In this document: positions 61,832 to 64,000 of the stretch, piece by piece
Layout of the letters: each line of letters begins with the position of its first letter
How positions within the stretch are numbered: the stretch's first letter is position 1
NCBI GenBank assembly: GCA_040285825.1
Contig: JAUPSS010000001.1
Coordinates: 3,596,001 to 3,660,000 of the forward strand
Direction of reading: 5' to 3'
Length of the DNA: 64,000 bases
Origin: Eukaryota sp. TZLM1-RC
Taxonomy: Eukaryota > Protista > Metamonada: BaSk clade
Made by a program: the position numbers and the translations under genes
Notes under the pieces: model-generated
The model's database searches: none
What the model was told of the DNA's origin: nothing
What the model saw: the letters and a program-made list of their open reading frames with translations, nothing else

Positions 61832-63847
61832 ATGGATTCTTCACAGCTTCTTCTTCGACTTAAATGCTCAACCTTACTAGATGCCCGACGTGATGCTGCT
61901 GTTGAACTCAAAGGTCACGTTGTTTCCAACTCTTATTCACTCTCATCTGAATACATTTCTGAACTACTAGCCTTAGCCAGTGATGGTTCCAAACAAGAGG
62001 GTATCATTGAAGCTGCAGTTTCGTCTATTGTTGACGTCTACAATCATGTCACCATCCCACTTCCCTCTGGCAACTCCCTCACTTCCTCTATAAAGCGACT
62101 TAACATTGAAAAGTCTAATTCCCAAGCCAAACAACATTTTCAGTGTCTGTTCGCTTCACAGGTCTTGGTACACGTGCTCAATGTCTTGCTCAGCCCAGCA
62201 AGCTCTTTGGAACGAAAGAAGTACGGTATAGCTCTTTCCTCTCTTTTGTTAGACGTCAATACAACCAAGATGCTCTCGTTGATTGTAGATAACTCAGATT
62301 TGTTTATTGTAACTTTATCTTCTTTTCTGACTGACAAGCTTGACTTTTTGAGACTGATGACGTGTGACTTGCTGGTTAAAATGACTGGTTGTAAGGATTC
62401 GCAATCTATTCATGTGCGAAAATTGTTATTTTTCTGCGATATTTTAGACAAAATTGAACAATTTTATAAACAGTCTGGTTGGCTGGACTCTGGTGAATTA
62501 GGATCAAAAGCAGTTGATTTGCTATCAAATTTGATTATAGACAGTCACAATCGGCAACTAATCCTTGAATGTGGTTATTTATCGAAATTATTGCCGTTAT
62601 TACCTGATCCACATTTGGAAAGTGGGTCAAAAATAGCCCAGAAAGTAGTTCAAAAGCTCATAATTCCGTTGACATTGGAAGACCCAACAAAATTTCTTAC
62701 AAATGATAGGAAACCGTTTATTCAATTACTAGGTTATGGACTGTTTCCAAAAATAGAAACAGCAACTAGACAATCAGCGTTGATTGCTCTATCAAATTTG
62801 ATTGGAACAAATAACACATTTAGATTGGTTTCTGATGCAATTTTTAACCTTCCTGACCATGATGATTATCTTGATTGCAATCAAGCGACTGGATTGCAGT
62901 TATTAACTGTTCATATTTTGAAGAGTGGAGATCGTGACGTTTTGATTGCTTCGTTTGAGCTCTTTTCGAAAATTTTAAGCTTGTATGAATCAGCTGATGA
63001 TTCAATCAAAATGATAGATCAAAATTATTCATTTTTTGACCGTCTCTTCCAATCAAAATTAACTTGTCGACATTATATTTTGCTGTTTTTACTTTCGAAT
63101 TCACGTCTGTTCAGCCAAAAAATCGATTTAAATTCTGTTTTTACAAATCAAAAAATTATTCAAGGTGATCATTTGTATTTTCAGTTACCAATATTGTTTA
63201 AATTTTTGCCACAAATAATACAGCTCAAGTCAGGATCACTGGACCTTGTCTCAGAATTATTTGAAATATTCAGTAATAGTCGATGTTTAATTCTGAAGGG
63301 TTTAATTAGCTGTATTTTGGTACAACTTTGTCAATTAGATTCGGAAATTCACGGGCTATTCACACAATTAAATGACCAAATTAATTTCAATTATTTTGCC
63401 AAATTAATTTCTTATTTACTAAGGGCAATAAATGACCTCAAACCTGAATTAACATCCAATCCTGACTCTTTCCTTTTTTGGAAACTTGATTGGGTGTTTT
63501 TAACCGACTACTTTGATCAATCACATTCTTTGATTGATGATTTAGCTGTCCCTTTGTCATCTTATAGTGACGTTTCATCTAAAATTGTTGAAGTTGAACA
63601 ACAATTAAAAATCGAAAGATTGCTTGTGAATGATCTTCAAGAGCAAATAGAAGCTCTTACTGAGGGTCAAGAACCTCAGGAAACATCAATCAAATCGCCA
63701 TTCAATTCTGATTGTAATAAGCTTGAAGCATTGACCATGGAAGTTGAACAATTATATGAAGCTCTAGACAAGAAAGAGGATTATATAGATGAGCTTGTTG
63801 GGTTGTTGGAAAACAATAATGTCACAGTTCCAGAATTTGAAGATTAA
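61832..63847 (+). CDS. USO1: USO1/p115-like vesicle-tethering protein (armadillo head plus short coiled-coil/acidic tail)
   Basis: STLLDARRDAAVEL resembles the p115 STLLEDRR motif. Leu-rich helical repeats are followed by C-terminal heptads and an acidic end. Confidence 0.55.
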   Translation: MDSSQLLLRLKCSTLLDARRDAAVELKGHVVSNSYSLSSEYISELLALASDGSKQEGIIEAAVSSIVDVYNHVTIPLPSGNSLTSSIKRLNIEKSNSQAKQHFQCLFASQVLVHVLNVLLSPASSLERKKYGIALSSLLLDVNTTKMLSLIVDNSDLFIVTLSSFLTDKLDFLRLMTCDLLVKMTGCKDSQSIHVRKLLFFCDILDKIEQFYKQSGWLDSGELGSKAVDLLSNLIIDSHNRQLILECGYLSKLLPLLPDPHLESGSKIAQKVVQKLIIPLTLEDPTKFLTNDRKPFIQLLGYGLFPKIETATRQSALIALSNLIGTNNTFRLVSDAIFNLPDHDDYLDCNQATGLQLLTVHILKSGDRDVLIASFELFSKILSLYESADDSIKMIDQNYSFFDRLFQSKLTCRHYILLFLLSNSRLFSQKIDLNSVFTNQKIIQGDHLYFQLPILFKFLPQIIQLKSGSLDLVSELFEIFSNSRCLILKGLISCILVQLCQLDSEIHGLFTQLNDQINFNYFAKLISYLLRAINDLKPELTSNPDSFLFWKLDWVFLTDYFDQSHSLIDDLAVPLSSYSDVSSKIVEVEQQLKIERLLVNDLQEQIEALTEGQEPQETSIKSPFNSDCNKLEALTMEVEQLYEALDKKEDYIDELVGLLENNNVTVPEFED

Positions 63848-64000
63848 TTTTTTCTAATGAATTTTTTAAAATTTTGTCTGTTTTTCTTGTAATTTGTTTA
63901 TAAAAATTAGATTTATTCCTTTTATTTTTCCAACTGCTTGTCAAACTGCACATTTTCTTTTACTGTGCAAGACTGCGTTTTCATCTATATACAGTTGGAA

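Noticed and set aside
73-62337. Numerous 60-100 aa ORFs antisense or out of frame to LINEs and host genes
   Set aside because: Shadow ORFs. They recur only because the underlying elements are repeated.

Overview
AT-rich, gene-dense DNA from a eukaryotic microbe. It has spliceosomal introns of about 30 nt with the branch point fixed next to the acceptor, which suggests a metamonad-like protist (inference). Roughly two thirds of the window is non-LTR retrotransposon DNA of the single-ORF RT + restriction-like endonuclease (RLE; CRE-like) type. At least 7-8 divergent families are present, labelled here A-H. Positions 1-24263 are a Russian-doll nest in which the families have inserted into each other with 8-12 bp target-site duplications (TSDs), later scrambled by kb-scale direct and inverted duplications. 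The main find is a degenerate Fanzor1 (eukaryotic TnpB-like RNA-guided nuclease) locus at about 24264-28775. After removing a 1360-bp LTR mini-element (92-bp LTRs, ACTG TSD) and correcting frameshifts, it reads as one protein of about 1050 aa, with a PolB-type DEDDy 3'-5' exonuclease domain joined to the Fanzor N-terminus. A candidate omegaRNA hairpin follows the stop codon. Host genes are Rab6 (with an apparent AT-AG intron), CCDC137-like, SNU13, a membrane-anchored L-asparaginase, a Ulp1/SENP protease, a type II glycosyltransferase-like gene, USO1/p115-like, tRNA-Cys and tRNA-Ser. Also present are a Ty3/gypsy 3' remnant and two candidate structured ncRNAs. Family assignments are by eye and no database searches were run.
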